64,000 nucleotides of DNA from Vulcanimicrobiota bacterium (GCA_963812155.1 CAWETW010000001.1:320001-384000); one strand, 5' to 3'; positions 1 to 15,660 are shown, counted from the first letter of the stretch. The notes: a model not told the origin generated them from the sequence alone. Made by a program: numbers and translations.

Positions 1-3584
<3,584 letters not shown>

Positions 3585-3715
3585 GGGGTTGGGACTCCGT
3601 CGTTCGTGCTGCCGCAGCCGCCGCTGACGCAGGGAGCGCGGCTCACGTTGTCACGTAAGCGGTCCCACCGTTGCCGCTGGCCGCGAGGCGCCAAGACGCC
3701 CGGGCACGGTTTATG

Positions 3716-3744
3716 ATTATACTCGGGGGCCGCCTCGGGGGCAA
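3716..3744 (-). promoter_or_regulatory. sigma70-type promoter for rpoC
   Basis: Minus strand TTGCCC (3744-3739), 17-bp spacer, TATAAT (3721-3716), about 130 bp upstream of the rpoC start. Confidence 0.8.
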
Positions 3745-3858
3745 GGGCCGAGCAGGGTTAGGTAGCGGAACCCGTTCAAAAGTCGCAGGGCGTCTGGGAG
3801 CGGGCCCGCGGCTAGTCTAGATTGCCAGTCTGGGTCGGCAAGATCCGCGCTAGAGCTT

Positions 3859-3957
3859 TCAATGATGCTTGGCCCAGAGAAAAGAAACCAGGACTACCAG
3901 CAGGACGGTGCCGCAGATCATTCCCGTAGCGATGACTATGGCGGTCGGCAAGCTCAT
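3859..3957 (-). CDS. 32-aa single-pass membrane peptide
   Basis: ATG..TGA ORF MSLPTAIVIATGMICGTVLLVVLVSFLWAKHH with AGAGGG just upstream; one hydrophobic helix. Below the ORF-track length cutoff. Confidence 0.5.
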   Translation of the reverse strand: MSLPTAIVIATGMICGTVLLVVLVSFLWAKHH

Positions 3958-4100
3958 TAAAGACCCTCTTTCAGGCTACCCCCTGCTTACGGATTGCGAG
4001 CCTTTCGGGTTTCGGTGCGCGCTGACCACTTCCGCAGGGCCAGACGGAGCTCGGGTTTGGACGGTTGCTTGCATGGGCTGGCGGAAAGTGTGCATTGACT

Positions 4101-4267
4101 CCTGTCACGGACGACGCGGTGTGACAACCGAGATGGCGCTGCGGCTCGCACATGCCTTCCAGACCTCCGCGCAGTATTGGCTCAACCTGCAGATCGCCGT
4201 CGACCTCTACGACGCCCAGAAATCCGACGTTTTTGCGGAGATCGAACGCCGGCCGGTGCTCGTCTAG
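4101..4267 (+). pseudogene. higA: C-terminal remnant of a HigA-family antitoxin (XRE HTH)
   Basis: GRRGVTTEMALRLAHAFQTSAQYWLNLQIAVDLY matches the HigA C-terminal half; the N-terminal HPGEIL segment and a higB partner are absent. Confidence 0.75.
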
Positions 4268-4395
4268 CGCGAGGCGCTCGGAGAGTTATCGTACCGCGAC
4301 GCTGGCGTCGCCGCTCTCAAACGCTACAGCTTTGCAGATGGAGGTGCACGCGCTCGGAATCGATTGTGTTCGGCTCCAGTGTGAAACGCAGCGGT

Positions 4396-4863
4396 TCATC
4401 CGCGACGGCCGCCGCTGACAGGAATCGCCTGCAGCTTACACGCGGCCAGACGATCGCGCAGGACGAGCGCCGCGCTTGCGACCGATTCTCGATCGTGCCG
4501 ATTGAGTTCGAGCAGAATGCACGCGAAGCGCGCGCGGGTCGGGTCGTTTACGGTGCAGTCCCAGCCGTGAAACTCGACCGCGCTCGGTGTGCGCGAGCAT
4601 CCAGTTCATCGCGGGCCGGGAGAACTCGGCGTAGGTGCGCATGCCGGCGTGCGTGAGCACATCGATCGCTCGCAGGTTGCCGGGCGTTTGGCATGCAGCG
4701 CGCCGTGATAGACGGCGTAGTTGTCGAGGCCGCGGGGGTAGGCGGCGTAGACCATCGGCGTGCCGCCGAAATGCCGCAGCATCAGCGGCTGCGCGATGCG
4801 GTAGTACTCGAGATTGCGCTCGCAATCGGCGTGCGATATGTGATGGATGGGGGGGGTGAGCAT
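4396..4863 (-). pseudogene. Frameshifted, truncated LigD polymerase/primase-like domain
   Basis: Three frames join as LEYYRIAQPLMLRHFGGTPMVYAAYPRG / YAEFSRPAMNWML / AVEFHGWDCTVNDPTRARF...VASAALVLRDRLAACKLQAIPVSGG*, echoing LigD-Pol motifs; two frameshifts and an early stop. Confidence 0.6.
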
Positions 4864-5192
4864 CGTTATGTTCCTGCAAGGCTCGTGCACTCCGTGTATT
4901 CGGAGCCCACGAAACGCGGCATCGCGCATGCAAACCCTATTTCACGCTCGCCTATGCGTGCGATGCCGCAATCGGTACTACGGTACGGCGCCACGTGCAC
5001 AGAAAATCCGGTCCCTTACCCCATTAAAGGCTTACGTCGCCGCTAACGGCCTTACGCTTTTCTCACGCTAGCCGCTCCCGCAGCCGCGCCGCCGGCGGCC
5101 GTGGGAGTTCGGCGATAGGTGTAGCCGGGAGCCCGTTCGATGCTGCCGAAACCCTCCGCGTACCTGAAACGTCAGGGTGAAAGGTAGGGTGT

Positions 5193-6110
5193 ATGCCCAC
5201 TCTTACGATCAATTACGTTTATTTCGGCGCGTCCGGGGCGCACACGCGCCAGCCGCGCGTCGTCAGCTCTTACGGCGGATTCACGCCCATCCCGGGTCTT
5301 AATCCCGGCGGCACCGCGACGCTGATGGCGGGAACGCCATATGAGCCCGGTTATCCGCCCGACCTCGACTCACAACACCTCGCTTACGCGTTCACGAACG
5401 TCTCCGGCTGTTTGGAGGGTCCGCGCACGTCGTACGTCGCGACCATGCTTCCTCCGGTCGGCACAGTTGGTAGCAATCCGATCGTCGTCAACTACGTCTA
5501 CGTTCCCACCGGCCATAACGGAAACGGCGGAACCGGCGCCGTCATCGATGCGTTCGACGCGAGCATCAACTCGCTGATCGATAACAACTTCGTAACGTGC
5601 ACTCCGGATCCGGGCGGCACCATCACGACCGAAGCGAACGTCGACGGTTGGGTGGATACGTCAAGCTCAGGACGCACCATCACTGCAGACCATCCGAATA
5701 TCGGAGGCTATGGAACGTGGTCGACCCTCCCGCTCTTCGATCGCTGGGTCGATCTCACCGATCCCGCGCCGCCATCGTCGCTGATTAGCGGTGCCAATCT
5801 TACGCCCGGACAAGGCGCCACCGTCTACGCACTCGCGTTCTATCACGATCCGATAAAAACCAAAGAGCACAAGGAGTACTTAGAAAAGAATCCGGCCGAG
5901 TACCTGAAGTCGATAGCCGAATACTTCAAGGGGCCGAAGGAATCGGTCGAAAATCCCGGATTCGGCAACATCGGCGATCCCGCGGAGGTGATCGGCGAGT
6001 TACGGACGCTCACCGTGCGGCTTGCCGGACTCGAGGCGCGCCTCGAGGCGTTCGGCTCGGCATTCATCAAAGCCGAAGACCGGCCGCAAACCCGGAAGCA
6101 GCAGCGGTAA
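5193..6110 (+). CDS. Hypothetical protein: beta-rich N-terminal region, K-x3-E repeats, coiled segment and FIKAEDRP tail; candidate ATP-grasp substrate
   Basis: 305-aa ORF with purine-rich RBS and no signal peptide; first gene of a tight three-gene unit with two ATP-grasp genes. Confidence 0.85.
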   Translation: MPTLTINYVYFGASGAHTRQPRVVSSYGGFTPIPGLNPGGTATLMAGTPYEPGYPPDLDSQHLAYAFTNVSGCLEGPRTSYVATMLPPVGTVGSNPIVVNYVYVPTGHNGNGGTGAVIDAFDASINSLIDNNFVTCTPDPGGTITTEANVDGWVDTSSSGRTITADHPNIGGYGTWSTLPLFDRWVDLTDPAPPSSLISGANLTPGQGATVYALAFYHDPIKTKEHKEYLEKNPAEYLKSIAEYFKGPKESVENPGFGNIGDPAEVIGELRTLTVRLAGLEARLEAFGSAFIKAEDRPQTRKQQR

Positions 6111-6128
6111 CAGTGAGCGCGAGGAGCG

Positions 6129-6833
6129 TTGTTCCTCGTCCTTAGCAACTTGGCCAACGAGGCGGCGCGAGAAATGGTGGAGACGTTTCCACCTGGCGCC
6201 GCCTCGCTGGTCACCGCTTCCGAACTCGATCGTTCGTTTAAAGCGTCCGTTCGGTTCGGCGATTTTTCGTCCGCGACGTTGACGATCGACGGCGTCGAGA
6301 CGTCGCCACGCCAGGTCGAAGGCGTCGTTTCGACGATTGCCTATTTCCTGCCGCAAGAGTTTTACTACGTCGAGCCCGCCGATCGCGAGTATGTGCGAAG
6401 CGAAACCACGGCCTTCTTCATCTACTTCCTCTCGCAGCTTGCGTGCCCGAAACTCAATCCGCCGACGGCCAAGACGCTTTGCGGCTTGGGCATGCATCGC
6501 ATCGAATGGATGCGGGGCGCGCGTAACGCCGGCGTTCCGTTGCAGCGGGTGCGGACTCACGACGGACAAACGACGTACGACGATGTGCCGGATGCGAGGC
6601 AACGCGTGCGCGCGACGTGCATCGGCGACGCGATCGTCGAAGACCGCGTCCCCGACGCGGTTCGAGCGCACCTGCTAGCGCTATCCGAGGCCTTTCGAAT
6701 GCCGTACCTGTGCGCCGATTTCATTGCACCCGGCGACGGCGACTACCGCCTGGCCGATCTGTGGTCGGTTCCCGACGTCCGCGTCCCGGCAAATCGCGCG
6801 GCAATCGTGCGCTTCATGCGGGGCCGGCCGTGA
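6129..6833 (+). CDS. Degenerate ATP-grasp-like protein
   Basis: DREYVRSETTAFFIYFLSQLACPKLNPP resembles the pre-ATP-grasp region of peptide maturases; C-terminal LSEAFRMPYLCADFIAPGDGDYRLADLWSVP parallels the next gene but lacks E-x-N. Confidence 0.7.
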   Translation: MFLVLSNLANEAAREMVETFPPGAASLVTASELDRSFKASVRFGDFSSATLTIDGVETSPRQVEGVVSTIAYFLPQEFYYVEPADREYVRSETTAFFIYFLSQLACPKLNPPTAKTLCGLGMHRIEWMRGARNAGVPLQRVRTHDGQTTYDDVPDARQRVRATCIGDAIVEDRVPDAVRAHLLALSEAFRMPYLCADFIAPGDGDYRLADLWSVPDVRVPANRAAIVRFMRGRP

Positions 6834-7783
6834 TTTTGCTTTGGGGCTCAATGACGGACGAGCCGATGGTGATGGCACGCGCCGCATTGTTGCAGGCGGG
6901 CTACGAGCCGGCCTTTCTAGATCACGAAAAGGTCTTTACCTCGGTGCTTGATTGTGAAATCGACGACGCAGGCAGCCGCTGCACGGTGACCGCCGGCGAG
7001 GCGGTGGTCGAGATGGCGGCGGTCTCGGTTGCCTATGTGCGCGGCGCGAACTTCTACGACTACGACGAGATGCGCGACCTGCCACGCGATGCGCCTCTCG
7101 CGCAACGGGCAGCCGCGTTCGAAATGCAGTTGATGGCATGGCTCGACGCCTCGGATGCGGTCGTCATCAATAAATCGGGCCCCGCGGCGGCGAACAATTC
7201 CAAGCCCTATCAGCTGACGGCGGTCCGCAATGCCGGGTTTCACGTTCCAGAGACCTTCCTTACCAACGACCCCGCCGCCGCGCGCGCGTTCGTGTCGGCA
7301 CGTCGCGACGTCATCTACAAGTCCATCAGCGGAACCCGGAGCATCGTGCGCCCGCTCGACGAACGACAACGCGCCTTTCTCGACGACGTAAAGTGGTGTC
7401 CGACGTGTTTTCAGGAGCGACTTACCGGAATGAACTATCGCGTCCACGTGATCGGCGATCGCGTTCTCGCGCTTCGCATCGAATCCGACCAACTCGATTA
7501 TCGCTATGGCAACACCCGAATGGCGGAGACCGAGTTGCCCGACGACATCGCGCAGCGCTGCCGAGACATGACCGGCGCGATGGGACTGCATTTCTCCGGT
7601 ATCGACCTCATGCAGACCCGCGACGGCGAGTGGTTCTGCTTCGAAGTGAATCCGTCACCGGCGTTTTCCTACTTCGAGGCGGCCTCCGGACAGCCGATCG
7701 CCGCGGCACTGGCCCGGTTCCTGCTGGACCAACTCGCGCGCGCTGAAGATGCGGCGGCAAAGCGCGCGCTCCAGACCCACTAA
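6830..7783 (+). CDS. RimK/MvdC-MvdD-like ATP-grasp ligase
   Basis: GTG start in a GTGA overlap with the upstream stop; motifs SKPYQL, VPETFLTNDP, VIYKS, FQE, RVHVIG, DYRY, GIDL, FEVNPSP. Confidence 0.92.
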   Translation: MILLWGSMTDEPMVMARAALLQAGYEPAFLDHEKVFTSVLDCEIDDAGSRCTVTAGEAVVEMAAVSVAYVRGANFYDYDEMRDLPRDAPLAQRAAAFEMQLMAWLDASDAVVINKSGPAAANNSKPYQLTAVRNAGFHVPETFLTNDPAAARAFVSARRDVIYKSISGTRSIVRPLDERQRAFLDDVKWCPTCFQERLTGMNYRVHVIGDRVLALRIESDQLDYRYGNTRMAETELPDDIAQRCRDMTGAMGLHFSGIDLMQTRDGEWFCFEVNPSPAFSYFEAASGQPIAAALARFLLDQLARAEDAAAKRALQTH

Positions 7784-7805
7784 TGCTGGCGGGCTCGGCG
7801 CACTG

Positions 7806-7825
7806 CGCTTAGGGTGACACAGGGG
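7806..7825. repeat. Partial REP-like repeat copy
   Basis: cgcttagggtgacacagggg resembles the cgctcaggatgacac end of the 46-bp repeat. Confidence 0.55.
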
Positions 7826-7889
7826 CGGTGTGCGCCTCCGCCCGGGGTCACCGCGCATGACCGGCGCGATTCGCGGGTACGACAAAGGC

Positions 7890-8402
7890 ATGAAGATAGG
7901 AATCATCGGCACCAACTCCCGCGCGGTCGCGATCGGCCGGCTGCTCGCATCGGGCGGCCATGACATTAGCTTCAGCGACGCCCAAAACAGGCAAGCCGCC
8001 GAGCGCGCGGCAAGTGACATCGGCGTGGCAGCGGAAAACGCCTACGACCAAGCAGTGCGCGACATTTTGGTATTCGCGTGTGCACGTTCTCAAATCGACG
8101 CGACCCTCACGGCTATAGGCTCGGGCGTTCACTGCATCGTGCTAGATGCGTTGGACGGCGGACCTGACGAACCGCATCGCGGCGCCGAGCTGCTTGCACG
8201 GAAGCTCGACACGCACGACCTCGTGCGCGCACTGATCGTGCTGCCGCAAACCGGCGCCAACATTCCGCTTTGTGGCGACGATCCCGCAGCCAAGGCCGTC
8301 GTGCAGCAGGCATTCGAAGCATGCGGCTGCATCACGAGCGACCGCGGCCCGCTCTCCAACGCAGCCGAGCTGGAACCGCACCTGACGAGCATCGCCGCGT
8401 AA
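7890..8402 (+). CDS. F420-dependent NADP oxidoreductase-like Rossmann protein
   Basis: MKIGIIGTNSRAVAIGRLLASGGHDI...LCGDDPAAKAVV...DRGPLSNAAELEP; the glycine motif is degenerate. Confidence 0.75.
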   Translation: MKIGIIGTNSRAVAIGRLLASGGHDISFSDAQNRQAAERAASDIGVAAENAYDQAVRDILVFACARSQIDATLTAIGSGVHCIVLDALDGGPDEPHRGAELLARKLDTHDLVRALIVLPQTGANIPLCGDDPAAKAVVQQAFEACGCITSDRGPLSNAAELEPHLTSIAA

Positions 8403-8436
8403 AGGCGAGCCTTTTCGCTTCGTCAAAAATGCCCGC

Positions 8437-9525
8437 ATGGGCAGAATGGTCAAAATTGCCGCATTCGCAACGGTTTCGGCCCTTGCGGCGTGTTCCAGCC
8501 CCGTAAGCCAACCTTCGGTTCCCGGCAGCCTGCAAGCAAAGAACGCAAAGGTTGCCGCGCCGTCAACGACCGGCCACTTGTTCGTTCGACGATCCGTGTC
8601 GCGCAACGCGCCGGCGGGATACGGTCCGGCCGATCTTCAAGCCGCCTACAATCTTCCGTCGAGCAGTAAAGGCAGCGGACAAGTCGTTGCGGTCGTCGAC
8701 GCCTACGACAACCCGAACGTTGCATCGGATCTGGCGACTTATCGCTCGACCTACGGTTTACCGTCCGCGAACTTCACGAAATATAACCAGGCGGGGCAGA
8801 CGAAGAACTATCCGCAGGCCGACTCGGCTTGGGGCACGGACATCGACCTGGCCGTCGAAATGATTTCCGCCTCATGTCCGAACTGCACGATCGATCTCGT
8901 CGAAGCGAACTCGAGCAGCGTTTCGGATCTCGAACAGGCTGAATCGGAAGCCGTCGCGCTCGGCGCGCACGTCGTCACCAATGGATTCGCCGGTACCGGC
9001 TTCGATCAATCGTATTTCGATGCCAACGGTGTGACCTATCTTGCGGCTTCGGGCGACGGCGGATTCGGGTCCGTTCCCGAACCGGCCGCATTCGGCAGCG
9101 TCGTGGCGGTCGGAGGCACGACGCTCACGCGCGGCGGCGAAAGCCGCGGATGGAAAGAAACCGTTTGGCCAGACGCAGGCAACGGTTGCACAACGTTCCC
9201 CAAGCCGCCGTGGCAGCATGACAAGACGTGTGCGTATCGCTTAGCCAACGATGTCTCGGCCGTCGCGGCTCCGACGCCGGGTGTTGCCGAGTACGACAGC
9301 TACGGTGCCGGCAGATGGTTCCTCGTGGGTGGCACCAGCGTAGCGACGCCGCTTCTCGCCGGTGTCTTCGGCTTAGCCGGCAATGCGAATAAACAAAACG
9401 GTGGCAGGACGTTTTGGCAATCGTCCCACCACCAATATTTGTATCGTTTGAAGAGCGGAGGGAAGTTCGTCCGCTATTCCGAGGCCGGTGGCTGGGGCAG
9501 CCCCGACGGCATCGGCGCGTTTTAG
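8437..9525 (+). CDS. S53/S8 subtilase-family lipoprotein
   Basis: Lipobox LAAC; GYGPADLQAAY, VAVVDAYDNP, ASGDGG, VGGTTL, DVSAVA, GGTSVATP, GWGSPDG. Confidence 0.9.
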   Translation: MGRMVKIAAFATVSALAACSSPVSQPSVPGSLQAKNAKVAAPSTTGHLFVRRSVSRNAPAGYGPADLQAAYNLPSSSKGSGQVVAVVDAYDNPNVASDLATYRSTYGLPSANFTKYNQAGQTKNYPQADSAWGTDIDLAVEMISASCPNCTIDLVEANSSSVSDLEQAESEAVALGAHVVTNGFAGTGFDQSYFDANGVTYLAASGDGGFGSVPEPAAFGSVVAVGGTTLTRGGESRGWKETVWPDAGNGCTTFPKPPWQHDKTCAYRLANDVSAVAAPTPGVAEYDSYGAGRWFLVGGTSVATPLLAGVFGLAGNANKQNGGRTFWQSSHHQYLYRLKSGGKFVRYSEAGGWGSPDGIGAF

Positions 9526-9534
9526 CGCACTGCG

Positions 9535-9685
9535 CGTCCTTCGACTGCGCGCCTGCGGGCGCTCCGCTCAGGATGACACCAAGTGGCTTCGCTTAGGATG
9601 ACAGGGGAAGTCCTTCGCTCAGGACGACACAGGGGGCGCGCGCTCCTCTTAGTGTGACACAGAGGAGCGCTGCGCTCGGGTGATG
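9535..9685. repeat. REP-like 46-bp element followed by degenerate tandem half-copies and a hairpin
   Basis: 9535-9580 is 45/46 identical to 11715-11760; followed by ttcgcttaggatgaca, cttcgctcaggacgacac and the hairpin gcgctcctct/agaggagcgc (9640-9670); lies between convergent genes. Confidence 0.85.
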
Positions 9686-10132
9686 CTAGGGGCTGTGGAC
9701 TTGTTTGTGGAGTTCGTGAAGATCTTCGAGCGAGTTTAGGGTTACCGCATCGTTCACGGACTCGTTCTTTAGCCCCATCTCCGAGCGCATGCTCTTGGCG
9801 AGTTCGGGCGCATGGTTGTATCCGTGAATCGACGCGTTATGCTTGCGAATCGTCTCCGCGTCGGTCTTACCGTTGCTGACGACGTACTCTTCGAACTGCA
9901 CGTACGTCGGCTTGTGCGTGCGCACGTACTCCATGACTTTCTCGCGGTCGAGGCCGAGATTGTCGATCGTCATCTGATCGAAGCCGGCGCCGCAATGGTC
10001 CCAGCCGTCGGCCAGTTGGTCTGAATATCCCAGCGTGAGCTTCGTCCACAAACGCGGCAAATGCGCTGCGCCGATCGGTCCGGTGGTCTGCGAACTGATG
10101 TAGGGAATTTGTTTTTGCGCGGTGCTAGGCAT
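9686..10132 (-). CDS. DUF5069-like protein
   Basis: GPIGAAHLPRLWTK...GAGFDQMTIDNLGLDRE...FEEYV pattern; directly downstream of the dehydrogenase. Confidence 0.7.
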   Translation of the reverse strand: MPSTAQKQIPYISSQTTGPIGAAHLPRLWTKLTLGYSDQLADGWDHCGAGFDQMTIDNLGLDREKVMEYVRTHKPTYVQFEEYVVSNGKTDAETIRKHNASIHGYNHAPELAKSMRSEMGLKNESVNDAVTLNSLEDLHELHKQVHSP

Positions 10133-10136
10133 GAGT

Positions 10137-11024
10137 TTACTGGTCCTTTCCATGACGCGAGATGAAAGTGAGTTCCGACACGCCGGATTTATCGAGTTCG
10201 CCGAGCCCGAGGCGTTTCATGCGTTCGAATTGTTCGTACGTGGCGCGGGCCAACGGCAAACGCAGGCCGGCCTCTTCGGCCAGGCCCAGCGCGATGCCCG
10301 AATCCTTGGCCGCGTGCGCTGCTGAAAAGTAGACGTCGTGTTCTCGATTCTGCATATCGGCGCCGTCTGTTTCCAGAACGCGCGAATTGGCTCCGGTCTG
10401 CGAAAAGATTTCCCGGACGACCTCGAGATCGAGCCCGAGGGCGTCGGCGAGGCCGAGCCCTTCGGCCAGGCCGGCCGTGTTGACGTTCATCACCATGTTA
10501 ACGAGCGCTTTGACTTCGGCGGCCTTACCCGCCGGTCCGACGTATTTCAGCGACGAACTCATCGACTCGAGCAACGGTTTGACGGCAGCGAACGCTTCCT
10601 CGCGGCCGGCGACCATCAAATACAACGTGCCGTTGCGCGCCTGCGGAATCGAACTGGCCATGCAGGCTTCGAGCGCCCGCGCTCCGCTTGCCTCGGCGCG
10701 CCGCTCGACTTCGACGTGGACCTTCGGTGCAATCGTCGCGCAGTTGACGAAGATTTTTCCCCGCGCGCCTTCGAGCAGCGAATCGCCGGACGTTGGGAAG
10801 ATTGCATACATCGCATCGTCGTCGCTCACGACGGTAATCACGACGTCGGAGAGTTCGGTGACGCGCGCGAGCGACGTCGCGACTTCGCCACCCGTTAGCC
10901 GTGCCGTTTCGGCAGCCGCTTGCGGCCGGACGTCGTAGAGCGCCGCCACCGTGTAGCCCGTATCGTTGAGCCGTTGGGCGATATTGGCGCCCATGCGCCC
11001 GGTGCCGACGATGCCGATCCTCAT
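10137..11024 (-). CDS. NAD(P)-dependent beta-hydroxyacid dehydrogenase family (3-hydroxyisobutyrate DH-like)
   Basis: GIVGTGRMGANIA, catalytic KALVN, AAKDSGIAL. Confidence 0.9.
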   Translation of the reverse strand: MRIGIVGTGRMGANIAQRLNDTGYTVAALYDVRPQAAAETARLTGGEVATSLARVTELSDVVITVVSDDDAMYAIFPTSGDSLLEGARGKIFVNCATIAPKVHVEVERRAEASGARALEACMASSIPQARNGTLYLMVAGREEAFAAVKPLLESMSSSLKYVGPAGKAAEVKALVNMVMNVNTAGLAEGLGLADALGLDLEVVREIFSQTGANSRVLETDGADMQNREHDVYFSAAHAAKDSGIALGLAEEAGLRLPLARATYEQFERMKRLGLGELDKSGVSELTFISRHGKDQ

Positions 11025-11096
11025 GTCGACGGGGAGGTTCCCCTCGTATTTGCGAGCAACCTTCGAGCTATTCTGCTACTACAGGAGGAGGATCTC

Positions 11097-11654
11097 ATGC
11101 GCATTCATTGGGGCTTAACGATGGTGGCCGCCCTCGCCGTTGCGGCGCTTCCGCTGCACGCTCCGGCTCAGATCGAAAGCACGCCGGTGCCCGCACCACA
11201 GAAACCCAACCTTTCTTCGATGGCGTTTTTGGTTGGCTCGTGGTCTTGCAGCACCAAGAGCGCCCGCCGGCCCGCGGCGTACATGACGACGTCCACGTAC
11301 ACGATGGACCCGTCCGGCTACTGGCTCGACGAAACGTCGGTCACCACTCCGAATTCGTGGATCCCGGCGAAGATCACCGTTAACGATAAGTACACCTACG
11401 ATTCCGACGCGCATCGCTGGGTCGACCTCACCTACGGACAAGGCGGGGCGTACGGATTGGCGTTCTCATCCGGCTGGAACGGCGACAAAATCAGTTGGCA
11501 CGACGTAAGTTTTGCGCCGACCGCCGAAATTTCGTCGCAAACAAACAACACGATTACGAAAGTCAGCAGCTCGAAAGTAACCTTCGCATCGTCATTTACC
11601 GAAGCAAAGACCGGCCGGCACGTCGCCGTCACCGGAAGCTGCACGAAGCAGTAG
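11097..11654 (+). CDS. Secreted hypothetical protein (predicted beta-barrel)
   Basis: GGAGGAGG RBS, signal peptide MRIHWGLTMVAALAVAALPLHAPA, FLVGSWSC motif. Confidence 0.8.
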   Translation: MRIHWGLTMVAALAVAALPLHAPAQIESTPVPAPQKPNLSSMAFLVGSWSCSTKSARRPAAYMTTSTYTMDPSGYWLDETSVTTPNSWIPAKITVNDKYTYDSDAHRWVDLTYGQGGAYGLAFSSGWNGDKISWHDVSFAPTAEISSQTNNTITKVSSSKVTFASSFTEAKTGRHVAVTGSCTKQ

Positions 11655-11678
11655 CTGACACCCTGTGCGGCACGGGTT

Positions 11679-11710
11679 AAAAAAGTAGCCCCGCTTTACG
11701 CGGGGCTACT
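11679..11710 (-). terminator. Intrinsic terminator downstream of rpoB
   Basis: Minus strand AGTAGCCCCGC-GTAAA-GCGGGGCTACT-TTTTT: 11-bp perfect stem plus U-tract. Confidence 0.9.
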
Positions 11711-11714
11711 CCTT

Positions 11715-11787
11715 CGTCCTTCGACTGCGCGCCTGCGGGCGCTTCGCTCAGGATGACACCCTGTGCGGCTTCGCTCAGGATGACACC
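11715..11787. repeat. REP-like 46-bp element plus a tandem half-copy
   Basis: cgtccttcgactgcgcgcctgcgggcgcttcgctcaggatgacacc, then a second gcttcgctcaggatgacacc; tgacaccctgtgcggc also occurs at 11656. Confidence 0.85.
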
Positions 11788-11793
11788 GTCTGA

Positions 11794-15660
<3,867 letters not shown>

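Noticed and set aside
3869..4100. N-terminal part of the 132-aa ORF as a full-length HigA
   Set aside because: No HTH-like sequence before about 4100, and it overlaps a better small ORF on the opposite strand.
5060..5192. Possible riboswitch upstream of the ATP-grasp unit (hairpin cctga-aacg-tcagg)
   Set aside because: I could not match it to any riboswitch consensus by eye; an Rfam/Infernal scan would be needed.
7890..9525. Oxidoreductase and S53 peptidase as members of the ATP-grasp system
   Set aside because: Separated by about 100 bp containing a repeat remnant, and the peptidase is an exported lipoprotein while the putative substrate has no signal peptide; linkage is unsupported without synteny data.
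9535..9685. Possible mini-CRISPR array
   Set aside because: Repeat units are about 16-18 bp and degenerate with spacers of only about 8-15 bp, and there are no cas genes; better explained as REP-like.
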